A stretch of DNA of 63,841 nucleotides, counting the filler, from Octopus bimaculoides (Eukaryota): the NCBI RefSeq assembly GCF_001194135.2. It is 6 parts of 6 records of this genome, joined end to end, with 100 filler letters (N's around TTAATTAATTAA, not from the genome) between each part and the next. Parts side by side here need not be neighbours in the genome. Positions count along the whole stretch, not along the records: positions 10,860 to 32,508 come from NC_068990.1; 5 more parts are not named here. One strand, given 5' to 3'. Shown here piece after piece: positions 11,626 through 23,220 of the stretch; the stretch's first letter is position 1; the number at the start of each line of letters is the position of its first letter. A program made the translations under genes and the position numbers. The notes below the pieces were generated by a model. That model saw only the letters and a program-made list of their open reading frames with translations, made no database searches and was not told the origin of the DNA.

Positions 11626-11745
11626 TTATTTTAACTTTTTTAAAACGGTTGACCTAAATTTACGCACGCAATATACATGCTTTAAATCGGTCGACGTAAT
11701 TATACGCCGCCTGAGTGAGTACCGGTTTCACCAGCCAATTGGAAA

Positions 11746-11976
11746 ATGGACAAAATTTGGCATCGCTGTGTTGTCAATTACCGACAGAACAAGCGTTTAG
11801 CTCCCGAGGACATTCATGTTGACATGGTTGCTACATAAGGGGATTATACTATAGCTTTATCATCAGTGCGAAAGCGGGCAGCTGAATTTAGGAAAAGAAG
11901 GGTGAGTCTTGAAGATGATCCATGGTCTGAACGTCCTGAAACTGCCATCACCGAGGAAAACATTGATCCTGCATAA
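11746..11976 (+). mobile_element. Mariner transposase N-terminal (HTH) remnant
   Basis: MDKIWHRCVVNYRQNKRLAPEDIHVDMVAT*GDYTIALSSVRKRAAEFRKRRVSLEDDPWSERPETAITEENID aligns by eye with the N-terminus of the transposase at 61809. Confidence 0.8.
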
Positions 11977-11999
11977 CTCGGTTAAGTCGCCCCCTGTGA

Positions 12000-12330
12000 G
12001 CTCCGTCACTGCTCATCCCTTGAATCACAAGTTCCCTATCGGACTGCCCCTTTCCCATGTGTCGTCAAAATTCTTCTCTTACATTTTTATCAATTTCTGG
12101 TGCATCTTCGGGTTCAGTTATATCTTTCCCACGATTCATTAACGACCTTTACATCATCACTTTTAACCTTAAAAACTCTTATGTAAATCATATCACCCTT
12201 TACTCCTCGACAGTCTTACACACACCGGAAATATCCACACGCAACTTATTCACTACTGAAATCATCCTTCAATTAAAATTTAAAAAAACCGTCTCCTTCA
12301 TCAGTGTCAACATGTACTCGTTATACATAT
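12000..12330 (+). mobile_element. Decayed Penelope-like reverse transcriptase fragment
   Basis: FPIGLPLSHVSSKFF resembles G.PMGSPLSP.LANLF and PRFINDLYII resembles RYIDDIFII, in shifted frames. Confidence 0.4.
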
Positions 12331-13764
12331 AGAAATATTCCGACTAGATGCCCTCGACCTGGTCACTCAATCTACTAAATGAAGTAGTAAAATCTCCCTG
12401 AAACCACACGCTACAACTTTAAAAAAAAAATTAATTGAATAATGTAGCACGGAATATTCTATTCTTAATTTTGAAAATAATGAGATGGGCTTTTCATGGT
12501 TTGATCAATAATAAATATTTAAGATTGATCAGGGATGACTTGGGATTACACAACAACCACAAATAGTTTTCTTTCTCATGAATAACGTGCTTGATTAAAC
12601 TTTCACTTGCCAATAAGCTGGAGCCCTTTTCACACTTATGTACTGTATCAGCTCTCAGTATCTTCTACAACTGCTACACAGTTTATGCTCCTTTGAATTA
12701 GCTAGTGTGTAAAATACCGTTAAGATTCACCCAATAATCTCTCTTTTGTCATTGTCTCTGTCACTAAAACCTCGTACATGCATGTGTTCTAGATGGAACT
12801 GTTGTACAGTGCACATAGTTATCTGTCGCCGAAAGGCGTTCGCTAAATATTTTCGTAAGGAAGGACATAAGTGTGCCAGCTATATACCTAACCCATTTTA
12901 AATTATGGCCTTACTGGAATGTGGCAACTCCAGGAAACAGGAGTGTTCTACTGGAAGTGTTCCACTATTTCTTGAGCATTGGGCACTGAAAGCGACAGGT
13001 AAATTAAGAGTTCCGTTTCATACAATTCCTTCTTTCTTCTGGCCGTTCTTTTCATTGCTTCTACTGATTCCTATATTTGTATCCTCTGACAAAGTGAGTT
13101 GCTCCGTGATCACTTGGTAACTTATGGTTATTCTGTTTTTAAATGGTATAGTTGACGGTGTTGTTGTTGTTGTTTAATCTTAAGTCATTCCTGGCGAAGC
13201 AAATCTATGATATAAAGAAATCCAGCTTTGACTATTCCGTCTTTTTGTATATGTAGAGTCAGATTATCCAATGTATACTTCTCATTTTAAGGAGTGATTT
13301 GAGGGAATTTAACAGTTATTTGAAACAGGTCGATACATCGTAGAGACTTCGCCGTTGACTCCTTTAGTTGAGATCTGATACTCCTGTAGGTCTCTACAAT
13401 CTTTATAACGATGAAAGACACATTATAAACTGATGAGATAAAAGATAAAATGGTCACAGTTAGACTGTCTTTGAATATTGGTTTGATAGATCACAACTGA
13501 CTTGAAGAGTAGCAATAACAGCAACCACAATGTTGTACAATATTAACTTTCGTCCGTTCATATACTGAGTTCGAATTTCGGTTACATCCATATAAGGTTT
13601 CAGCCATTCACCCTTATTGTTTTTTAACCCAAGTCAGATTAATCCATACATTGCAATCTGCTTCATCTGGTCTTTATTTATTCATTTATTTATTTACTTT
13701 TACACCTAGTACCTTACTGTCATTGATATACAAAAACGTTTTAACGAGCTTATAAAAACCTGAG

Positions 13765-15665
13765 GGTTGTCTTGTCCCAAAAGAAAACTCAGAAAGACTT
13801 GATTAGCTTTGAGAGGTCTCTCTTTTGGACTCTGAAGGGAAAACCTTTTGGGCTATCGTTGCCAACGAGTACATTGACACGAATGTCCAGAAAGAACGGG
13901 TCCCAGGCTACTCTGGATATCTCGAACACACATCAGCGAGCAGCCATGTTATTAAGTAAGTTATTTCTTTATTGCCCACAAGGGACTAAACATGGAGGGG
14001 ACAAACAAAGACTGACAAAGGGTTTAAGTCGATTACATCGACCCCAGTGCATAACTGGTACTTATTTAATCGACCCCGAAAGGATGAAAGGCAAAGTCTA
14101 CCTCAGCGGAATTTGAACTCAGAACGTAACGGCAGACGAAATACCGCTAAGCATATCGCCTGGCGTGCTAACGATTCTGCCAGCTCGCCGCCCATGTCAT
14201 TAAGGAAGTAAAGTGGAACAATAACTCACTCTCCGTTGTATGGTTGGATCTTACTAAGGTGTACCCAAATGTGCTGCACCAGCTTCTCCAAAGTGCATTG
14301 GAATACTACCAAGTACCTACAGAGGTAATCAGACTCATAATGTCCCACATGGATTCACTGAGGATGAGATTCATCGTGAGAAATTTCACCACTAAATAGC
14401 AGCCATTGGAAAAAAGGCATTATGGCAGGGTGCATAATTTCTATAGTGCTATTTGCGGTGGCCATGAATCTACTGCTAAAGGTAGGATGGCAGCAGTCGA
14501 GAGGTTCCGAAATTGACTGAAGCACGGGAAATCCAGTCTGCAGGGTGTTTATAGACGACGTAACGGTCATGACACTATGAATAGAAGGGACACGGCGGAC
14601 ATTGTCACACCTGAAGTTCAACCCAGCGAAATTTCGAGACCTGAATATCCAAAAAGAAAGCTGACAAATGACACCTTCAGCATTCAGAACTCTGAAATTA
14701 CGACAATCCAAGAAAAAAGTAGTCCGGTGCCTTAGGAAAAGTTACGATCATACATTTAAGGATATTGGCAATACTGAAGACACGGAAACCCAACTAGGCA
14801 ACTGGCTAAAAGCAGTTGATAAAAGCTAGCTACTTGGATGGTTCAAAGTATGGTGCTTCCAATATAGCATCAGACTCAAACTTCAGCGACCATTTTTGCT
14901 TTATGGTTTTCCCATGACTCGGGTAGAGGTAATGGAAAGGTTGTGCAGTAAGTTCGTGTGAAGAGGCTGGACATTTCCCCAAATTTCAGCTCAATCTGTA
15001 TAGCAACACTTCTAAGCTCCACATACCAATTTCATCAGTGCTGGAGGAATTCAACGCCACAAAGGCAAGAGCAACCACCACATAGCTCCTGTTTGAGGAT
15101 GAGAAAGTCAGACACACCAACAAGACCATTAAGTTTTGGCAGAAAATGGAAACCCCAAGAAGCTGTGTAGGAAGCAGAGATATACTGGAAGCATCAGGTG
15201 ATTGTTGGAGTAATCTGTTAAGGACGGCTGGGACTTGGCAATTACAGTACCAAGAAGTGAGAAAACACCAATACCAGTAGCAAGAGAAAGCTCATAGTGC
15301 AAAGGGTCCGTGACTTAATTGAGGAAGACCGCCAGTTAAAGGCAGTAGGGCTTGCCCACCAGGGTAAATGGAAGTAATGGAACTAGGAACTTGAGCACCT
15401 ACTGTGGAAAGAACTCTGGAGCACTGTCCAGGGAAGATTGTCCTTTTTCCTTCGTGTTATCAATGGCCTCTTGCCAACCCCAAACAACCTTAAAATATGG
15501 GGCAAAAAAAAAGACCATCTTGCAGGTAGTGCGGAGCAACTCTGCACCCTAAACTACATTTTGACCGGATACTCTTGGGCACTGGGAGAAGGCCTATACA
15601 AGTGAAGACGTGATAAGGTTCTTGCAGAAATTGCCAAGTGGGCTGATCTGCAAAGGGACTGATTC
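13765..15665 (+). mobile_element. Hero-clade (RLE-type) non-LTR retrotransposon remnant: RT through C-terminal knuckle region, many stops and frameshifts
   Basis: NEYIDTNVQKERVPGYSGYLEHT, LSVVWLDLTKVY, LEKGIMAGCIISIVLFAVAMN, VFIDDVTV, GRKWKPQEAV, LPTPNNLKIWG and CTLNYILTG...RRDKVLAEIA match Hero ORF motifs. Confidence 0.8.
13961..14193 (-). mobile_element. tRNA-derived SINE (GGCGGCGAGCTGGCAGAATCGTTAGC family) inserted in the Hero remnant
   Basis: Same family as 36540-36760; degenerate TSD CCATGT(T/C)ATTAAG(T/G)AAG at 13944-13960 and 14192-14208; the LINE frame resumes across it. Confidence 0.85.
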
Positions 15666-16029
15666 TTTTTAATGCGGCCGAAGGCAACGTATCTTTAGAC
15701 CTACGTTTAATAAAATAATTTTCATCCTTGAACCGTCTTCTTAGAGATTATTCTTATTGTAGACATCAAATCGGTTCTGATTGATGCGTAAGAAACATTT
15801 CAGCTCATATCTTTTGACTATTTCATTATTCTCAATTCACCCACCTAACTAAAATGTTTGCTGTTATTAATATTGTTGAAGCTAATTGTTTCTTCTTAAC
15901 TTACTATTACTATCGATCATTTAACATGTTAATTATAACATGACTACAAACGGTATGTTCGTGAGACCAACGCCTTAACCACTCGGTTGCGCGTTTCACA
16001 TTACCGTTTTATTTTTTCGCACAGTAAGG

Positions 16030-16160
16030 TGAAGGCACATGGCCTAATGGATGGAGCATTGGACTCACGATCATAAGTTAGTGGGTTCAATTCCTACACT
16101 AGGGCAAGACACTTCATCTTTTGTTGCTCATGCCTACGCAGTTGAAATGAGTACCATCCA
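16030..16160 (+). mobile_element. Decayed tRNA-derived CORE-type SINE head
   Basis: TGGCCTAATGG A-box-like, GGGTTCAATTCC B box, then GGGCAAGACACTT core motif. Confidence 0.6.
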
Positions 16161-17499
16161 GATCTTTACGCAGCTCTTTCTCTTTCCAGCTGTCACATCC
16201 TCGATGCTTTACTGAGTGTAGGGTTTTGAAAACCGAGGAGTTGTCTTTGTCTGCTCACAGCTACAATAACACCTAAAACAACTAGCGAAAAACATGGCAA
16301 ATGCTACCACTTTATACTTCTTGCGAGTGATGGCTTAGGTTTTGTTTTACCATGTTTAGAAATAAATACTAGAGTCAATATCATTCACTAAAAATCCTTC
16401 AAGGCGGATCCTCAGCATGACCGGAGTATAGTTGACCGGAACGAGCTAAAGAATAAACTAAGAAGAGGTAATATATTAACCGGAAAGCGTTATAGGACAA
16501 CAGAGTTGAACATGCAGTTTCGTTTCCATTCTCGGCAGAAACCATTCCAGTACTTCATTAGTGTACCTGGGAAATGGATCAACTACACGGACTCTTATTT
16601 CCCGCACCTATAACTCAGAAGGTTTATATCCATGGGGGATATTCATGTCTTGAGGTGGCTCTTAGAATCATATCTTGTTGCAGACGTTACACATATTGTT
16701 CAATTTAGAAGTTGTTCTAGAAATAATCATACTGCCCTTTAGTTCCAGAAATACTGTATTTAAGACATTATTATCCAACGTGTACTTCCAATTTGTAAAA
16801 TAGTAAGTTGTAATTTAGGGAGATTTAGCTACTATTTAAAGCAGGTAAGTTGCCGAGGAGCTGGAATTGTGACATCGTGTTTTAAGCGAACGAAATCAAC
16901 ATCCTGTTTCCTTTATACGTTTGAAGAACATCACTGCCTCCCTTGAGAGAGGACTTTTGAACAGCACAATGTCCCAATCCGCTAGTCTGTGGCCCAGAAT
17001 GTGTAAATATGAAAAAAAAATTGATGTTATAATGGTAGGTAGCATCACAGAGTAAGAAGTTATAACTCCAGGCATGGCACAACCGCAAAATGGCTTCAGT
17101 TTTTGTTATTTCATTTCATATATTTTATTGAAGCCGCTAATGCTCTTGGGAAAGCATATACATCACGGCATTTTATTTTCTCATTCTTAAAATATAGGGA
17201 TTTCTTCCACTGGCAAAATACCACACCATTTTTAGAATAGAGATAAAGACGCTTTAATCAGTATCGATACTTATGTTATCGATACTGGGAGGATATAAAA
17301 CAAAGTCGACTTCGGTATGATTTGAACTTGGATCATAAAAAGGATCTTTTCTGTTGCTGTCACAGTTTTGAAATTTTAAAATAAAGTGAAAAATTTTCAA
17401 ATTGGGTATATAGATGTAATTTTTCACGCTGAATCTAAGAAATTTTGAAGTTTTAATGAACAAAGTCATGTGAAATGTTGGAACAGGCATGTAAACAAT

Positions 17500-17950
17500 A
17501 TAAAAAGGTAAAAATACCCTCCACAAGTTACTGAAAATTGCGGTTACTGGAAGAACCAACTGACGTATGTATCCTCTACTGTGTCGCGACTCCGAGACAT
17601 GACACGATATAAAGAAAAGCATGCCTGGTTCACAACACACTCCTCCGAAAACCCACTGCTCAGGTAGCAAGCTTCCTTCCTCAGTTTTATTTACGTTTTC
17701 AGAAGAGTGTTTCGTCTATCTCAATAATCTTCCCAGGATCGCCTATCTGAACTGGGTTATAGAGCAGGTCCTCCGCACATGTTTCACAAACATAGCTGTT
17801 GTAATCAGCAGCTGTGCAGTGGCTCGTCCCCAGTTCTTGCAAGTAAGAAACCGCCTCCTCCTCCTCGATTTTCAACTTCTCCATCATATTCGGAAGGTTA
17901 AACGAGATGGCTGCGGTCATTCTTGGTTGGAAAGGTCCAGAAAAATACAT
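17500..17950 (-). mobile_element. Merlin (IS1016/IS1595-like DDE) transposase remnant
   Basis: IGDPGKIIEIDETLF, LLPEQWVFGGVC and VLPVTAIFSNLWR match the Merlin G.G..VEIDES.F / QWVFG / LPGT.I.SD.W motifs; the last catalytic D is changed and stops are present. Confidence 0.8.
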
Positions 17951-18338
17951 GGTTCAAAAATTATGAAAATGAGATAGTGATAGGACAGCACTCGAAAATA
18001 TCTGTTTGTTTCTCAAAAAAAAAAAAAAAATACAGGTGAAAATGACAAAAATGAGGTAGTATAAAAGTTAAGAAAATAGGTGTTTATCAAAGAAAATTGA
18101 CAGGTAAAGACAATACGCGTGATTGTAATAATTTAAGCAAACTTTACCTTAGCTTGTTATTGGGGAATAGACACCTATATATCTGTGGCTTTCGATTGGC
18201 TAAAATTACCCAAAATTTGCAAATTTTAAAAGCTATTAACTTTTTATTTATTAATTTATTGCAAAAATGAATTTCATTTCCATAGTTAGCAAAAAAAATT
18301 ACACCAGTACACCAAATTTGAAACCGATTGGAACAAAA

Positions 18339-19019
18339 TTAAAAGAATTGAAAACTAATAGCAACAGAACGTAACATGGCAGTGTGTCCTACGTTCCACT
18401 GATTTTGCCATTCAGAAGATGAAGTTTCGAGTACGACAGAAGACATAGAAAAGTTACAGTAGGGCTGGATGAAAAAAGGAAGACATATTAAATACCGTAC
18501 CATTCCACAAATGAACTGGTTGCATGTCATTGGATAAGCACCATTTTTCGTCAAAACCTGAAACAAGGGAACTATTCGGCCTGTTTTGTACAGTGACCAG
18601 GAAATGAATTGTAAAGTCAAAGCATGTAACTTATTACTATCCGACAGATACGACTTGACTGTGTTCTGAAAGTCTAAAAGATCTCGTTCTTTTTGCTTCA
18701 TTTTCTTTTTGTTTTTGGTTTTCTTTTTGTCTTCTTTCGTAGATTGTTGTTTTGGAACTTGTGGAACAGTTATTACCTCGACAGTTTCACCTGCTGATTC
18801 TTTTATGTCAAGCGGAAAGACTTTCTTTAAATCCATGTCATATCCCTGGCTGATAAGGTTTTCCTTTGAAACAATTTTCGAGACGTCAATAGAACTTCTA
18901 GGAGTTGAAACAATTTTCGAGTCGTCAATAGAACTTCTAGGAGTTGAAACAATTTTCGAGTCGTCAATGGAACTTCTAGGAGTCGCTTCAGTTCGTACAA
19001 CTTCCAGAAAACCTGCCAT
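18339..19019 (-). CDS. Orphan 226-aa ORF (possible large exon) with 3 x 13-aa repeat and Lys-rich cluster; function unknown
   Basis: Long uninterrupted frame in AT-rich, non-microsatellite DNA; (TPRSSIDDSKIVS)x3; the frame stays open 19 more codons upstream to a TTCTTAG possible acceptor at about 19077; no family recognised. Confidence 0.4.
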   Translation of the reverse strand: MAGFLEVVRTEATPRSSIDDSKIVSTPRSSIDDSKIVSTPRSSIDVSKIVSKENLISQGYDMDLKKVFPLDIKESAGETVEVITVPQVPKQQSTKEDKKKTKNKKKMKQKERDLLDFQNTVKSYLSDSNKLHALTLQFISWSLYKTGRIVPLFQVLTKNGAYPMTCNQFICGMVRYLICLPFFIQPYCNFSMSSVVLETSSSEWQNQWNVGHTAMLRSVAISFQFF

Positions 19020-19735
19020 CGTCTGGTTTTGTGTGTATATAAGAACCTGTTCTCTTTTTCTTTCCCAGGTTAGAACCTAAGAATATCCGTGTGTGCGTGT
19101 GTGTGTGTGTGTGATATATGTCTGTAAAGATCTCGAAATACAAAAGTCTGCTGATTATTAATTAATTTTCTAAAAGGAAGCAAGATGTTCTAATTTTCAA
19201 GTGGTGCATGAAGGGATCCTCCACAAGTTACATCAATGAACTTCAAAAGTTACCAAAGAAATAGCACGAAATTACTAGTGTTGCTGCAACAACAAGTAGT
19301 AGTTGTTAATTATGAGAATAAAGCGTCGTTGAATATATTAGCAATCTCAAAAAGAGAAATCTTATGACGTCATAAATACATTAAAAAAATTTTTGTATAA
19401 AGAAAAAAGAAAGAAAGAAAGAAAGAAGTGAAATGAATTGATGTCAACTCATTAATCCTGATTACATACCAATCTACCTCACAGATATTTGTTGCACTTC
19501 GACGTAGAACACATAATTCTAGACATGTTGGTACGTTTCTGACTCACACACTCTATATCCAAAGGTTAGTAGCGTCCACTAACCAGCGATGGCAGGTACA
19601 CAGGAAACACAGGAAAAATATTGGACACATGGATATTCGTAAAGACAAAAAAGACAACAGAGCAGTCAATTATGAAGGCTTTACTTCAGCATGGACTTGA
19701 TCGGGATTCTGAAAAAAACTAAACAAGAAAGAACT

Positions 19736-20010
<275 letters not shown>

Positions 20011-20029
20011 TGCACTGTTCCGTTATGTT

Positions 20030-21215
20030 AAGATCAATAAAAAAGTACTCCATCTGGTGAGAGATAAATATTATTTAATAAGCACAATATGTTTTTATGT
20101 GCTACTATTAGTTTCATGTGCTGAGAACATGCCAAACAGTGTTTTATAACGCGTCTGGTGTCCCAGCATAACCATCAGACACTGCCCACATGGCATAAGG
20201 AACTAAAATGGGACGAGAGAAAAGGCGAGAACGAAGTATTTATAAAAGGTGGAAGGTTGAAGCAACAACCTCAACAACAGAAGCAGTTGTTGGAATTGCA
20301 GAAGCAACAGCAACTGTCAATGCAACTGCTATTCAACAAAACAGAAAATACATCATGTTCGTTCACCCCCGATACGGTCGCAAACTCCAGCGGAGAATTC
20401 GCATATAATTCAGATGAGGGTACTACCTTTCCTGCTTACTTTAAAAGGTATGAGAAAATGTTTAAAGACGAAAAATAAACCCGACTTTTGTCGAGAAAGC
20501 TGGCACGAGCAAGAAAAATATCAAAGAGACCGGGTGAAGTCTGTTTTGAAAGAACTGTTGCTATTCTATCAAAAGTTTTCAGCGAGAAAAGCTCTTTATT
20601 TAATACGTGTTGGCAATGCATGAACATTACAAAAAAGAGGACGCTGCAATCGTTAGTATAGAATGCGAGAGATTTGGGATCTTTCTGATTTGGCGGGCGC
20701 CACTTTTTATTTATGTTTTATTTAATGTGTTTTCTACCGAAACACTTTAAAATTTCGTATACTTGTATATTTTATCTTCTAGAACAGAGAAAAAATTTTT
20801 ATATTCGAACTTATTTCATGTTAAAAGTTGTCGTATTTCGGTAATTTCAACCAATCACTGACGTCTATTGACGTGAAAACAATTACTGCTGTGGAATGTA
20901 AACAAGACGTTCTAGCGGTGTAATGGGATCTTTTCCCTTGAATAAAATTAGTGCCGTTGTTTGTCAACAACAACTATCGGCGGTACTGTTATTTATAACA
21001 TCTTTCGTGCGTTTGTACCGGTTTTAGCTTTAGGGTTTTAGGGTTAGGGTTTTAGAGTTAGGGTTAGGGTTTTATGGTTAGGGTTATGGTTATGGTTTGG
21101 CAAAAATACTCATAACCCTAACCCTAACCTTAACGAATTGTTCGCCAGATATGGTATTCTTGATACCATTGTATCTGATAATGGAACTCAGGTTACTGCC
21201 TCCAAGTATAGATGG
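20030..21215 (+). mobile_element. Gypsy/Ty3 LTR retrotransposon remnant (possible LTR end, gag, integrase fragment), interrupted by another repeat at about 20660-21135
   Basis: NSSGEFAYNSDEGTTFPAYFKRYEKMF and TRLLSRKL...SKVFSEKSSLFN are typical invertebrate Gypsy gag; LFARYGILDTIVSDNGTQVT at 21138 is an integrase core motif. Confidence 0.75.
21024..21133. repeat. Interstitial telomere-like TTAGGG/TTTTAGGG repeats switching to CCCTAA orientation
   Basis: TTAGGGTTTTAGGGTTAGGG... to about 21097, then TAACCCTAACCCTAACC at 21113-21129. Confidence 0.85.
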
Positions 21216-21269
21216 TCGACCCTATCGAAAGCTTTAATTTGATGTAAATTTATCAGAGCCTCAACAATA

Positions 21270-21805
21270 ATAATTTCATTTTATTAGTCACAGGAGCACA
21301 GATAGGCGGATATCACAAGAGCAGTCAACAATTTCCATAGTGATTTACATAAAAGACGAGGTGAAAGAAGTGGAAAAGATAATGACAAGCGATAAAAGAA
21401 TATAATGTACAAATATATAGTAACATGAATGATGTAATCCTCCTGATATAGGAGAAACTCCAGCTAGAGCCCCTTAAGGAAGCCCAGATTCAGGATTACC
21501 TAGACCACCAAAGGCAAATGCCCTCTCCCAACTGTTGCCATCCAATCTAATCGTGCTTGCTCAAACACTAACCATCCTTTCCACAGTCACCCATCTTTTC
21601 ACTAATTCACTGGGAAGTAGCACTTCCCTCTCCATCTTCACTTTCCTCTCTAGGTGGAACTCAAGAAAGTCGATGAGAGCTTGAAAAGAAGGTGTCTCTA
21701 TTTAATCCTTTCAACCCCGTCTACCACACAAACTCTTTCGCCATGGCCACCAGACAGAGGAACACCGCTTGTCCTACCTTCATCTGAGTGTAGCTGAATC
21801 CTTTT
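21270..21805 (-). mobile_element. L1/Tx1-like LINE 3' end (ORF2 C-terminus and 3' UTR)
   Basis: AVFLCLVAMAKEFVW...FHLERKVKMEREVL...KRW resembles Tx1 ORF2 C-termini; 3' UTR motif TCCTCCTGATA.AGGA is shared with 57780-58095. Confidence 0.6.
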
Positions 21806-22112
21806 TAAATGATTAAAATATTTTTAGCGATAAGTACTGTCAATGTCAAATGTTTTGGTGCGCTCATCAAATAGTGACATTTAAGTCGCATGCTGATTGG
21901 TTAGGATACTGTTCGTAAGACTCAGCTTGGTTAAAATATCGTCAGGAAGTATTTAAAAGTCAAATTCCACTACAGATATCAATTGTGAAGCAAAACTTTG
22001 AGTCAATATTGTGACTACATAAACCTGAAGATTGCGGAAAGTACTTGTATTATATTAAAATTGTAAAAAAATACAAGAATGAAACGGAATAATGATATTA
22101 TGTTGGATTTTC

Positions 22113-22540
22113 ATAGGCGTAGGAGCGGCTGTGTGGTAAGTAGCTAGCTTACCAACCACATGGTCCCGGGTTCAGTCCTACTGCGTGGCATCTTGGGCAA
22201 GTGTCTTCTACTATAGCCTCGGGCCGACCAAAGCCTTGTGAGTGGATTTGGTAGACGGAAACTGAAAGAAGCCCGTCGTATATATGTACATATATATATA
22301 TATATTTGTATGTGTGTGTATATGTTTGTATGTGTGTGTTTGTCCCCCCCCCCAACATCGCTTGACAACTGATGCTGGTGTGTTTATGTCTCCGTAACTT
22401 AGCGGTTCGGCAAAAGAGATCGATAAAATAAGTACTAGGCTTCTAAAGAATAAGTCCTGGGGTCGATTTGCTCGACTAAAGGCGGTGCTCCAGCATGGCC
22501 ACAGTCAAAAAGACTGAAACAAGTAAAAGAATAAAAGAAT
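22113..22540 (+). mobile_element. Full-length tRNA-derived SINE with CORE-like domain, internal microsatellite and (AAAGAAT)n tail
   Basis: GGCTGTGTGGTAAG head, GGGTTCAGTCC B box, TTGGGCAAGTGTCTTCT core, tail GACTGAAACAAGTAAAAGAATAAAAGAATA. Confidence 0.9.
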
Positions 22541-22559
22541 ACCCATATTATATATTATT

Positions 22560-23060
22560 ACACCCTATACACTCACCCACAAAACCTATTTATGTCTATC
22601 ATATTTTCATGCTCCATATACACGTTTGCATACTGTCTATCGCTTCAATATGAATACATCATTCAAAATACTGCCAAAATGCCACTTGGATTTACCTAGG
22701 ATTTTAACTAAGGACCCGTACTTTCATGGAAGCACCGACCAACATTCATATCCTCTGGAAAAAGATGAATTGTGAACATTATTCGCTTGTGTTCTACCTT
22801 TACTCTTTATACGTCTATTTACACCTTTATTCTTCTATTTTATTCCCTATAAACTGTGAATATATTTTATCCCTTGTAAACTGCAAATTTTCCCTGTCTA
22901 AAGTATTCATACATTGTCTCTGATAATGGTGTATCCAGTGCGTAGACATGCTAACCTATCACTTGGTTTATCCCAGAAACGGCTGGAAGAATTCAAATTC
23001 ACTTTAACCTAATTAAATTATTCTAAATGGCTTCAGATATTCGTTCTGACTTGGTTTTGC
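22560..23060 (+). mobile_element. Penelope-like 3'/pseudo-LTR remnant with degenerate hammerhead motif at about 22916-22990
   Basis: GTCT-CTGATAA-TGG...CCA-GAAAC-GGCTGG-AAGA has type I hammerhead order; long pyrimidine-rich tract upstream. Confidence 0.45.
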
Positions 23061-23184
23061 TTTTTCCTCTAATATAATATATACCTACTGTAACGGATCC
23101 CTAATAGATCCAGTCTCAGTTGTGAACTTGAAATCTAACGGACGACCAACTATAGTACTTACTCAGTGTACCTATTCGTTTAGA

Positions 23185-23220
<36 letters not shown>

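Noticed and set aside
12905-13120. Short ORFs on either strand
   Set aside because: No recognisable motif; the minus-strand frames contain stops and lack convincing splice sites
18867-18983. 39-bp repeats (and the 69-bp repeats at 7528-7760) as a CRISPR-like array
   Set aside because: Contiguous tandem units without unique spacers, lengths divisible by three, in eukaryotic DNA
21024-21133. True telomere or chromosome-fusion site
   Set aside because: Short, degenerate and embedded in a repeat within a Gypsy relic; kept only as a telomere-like motif
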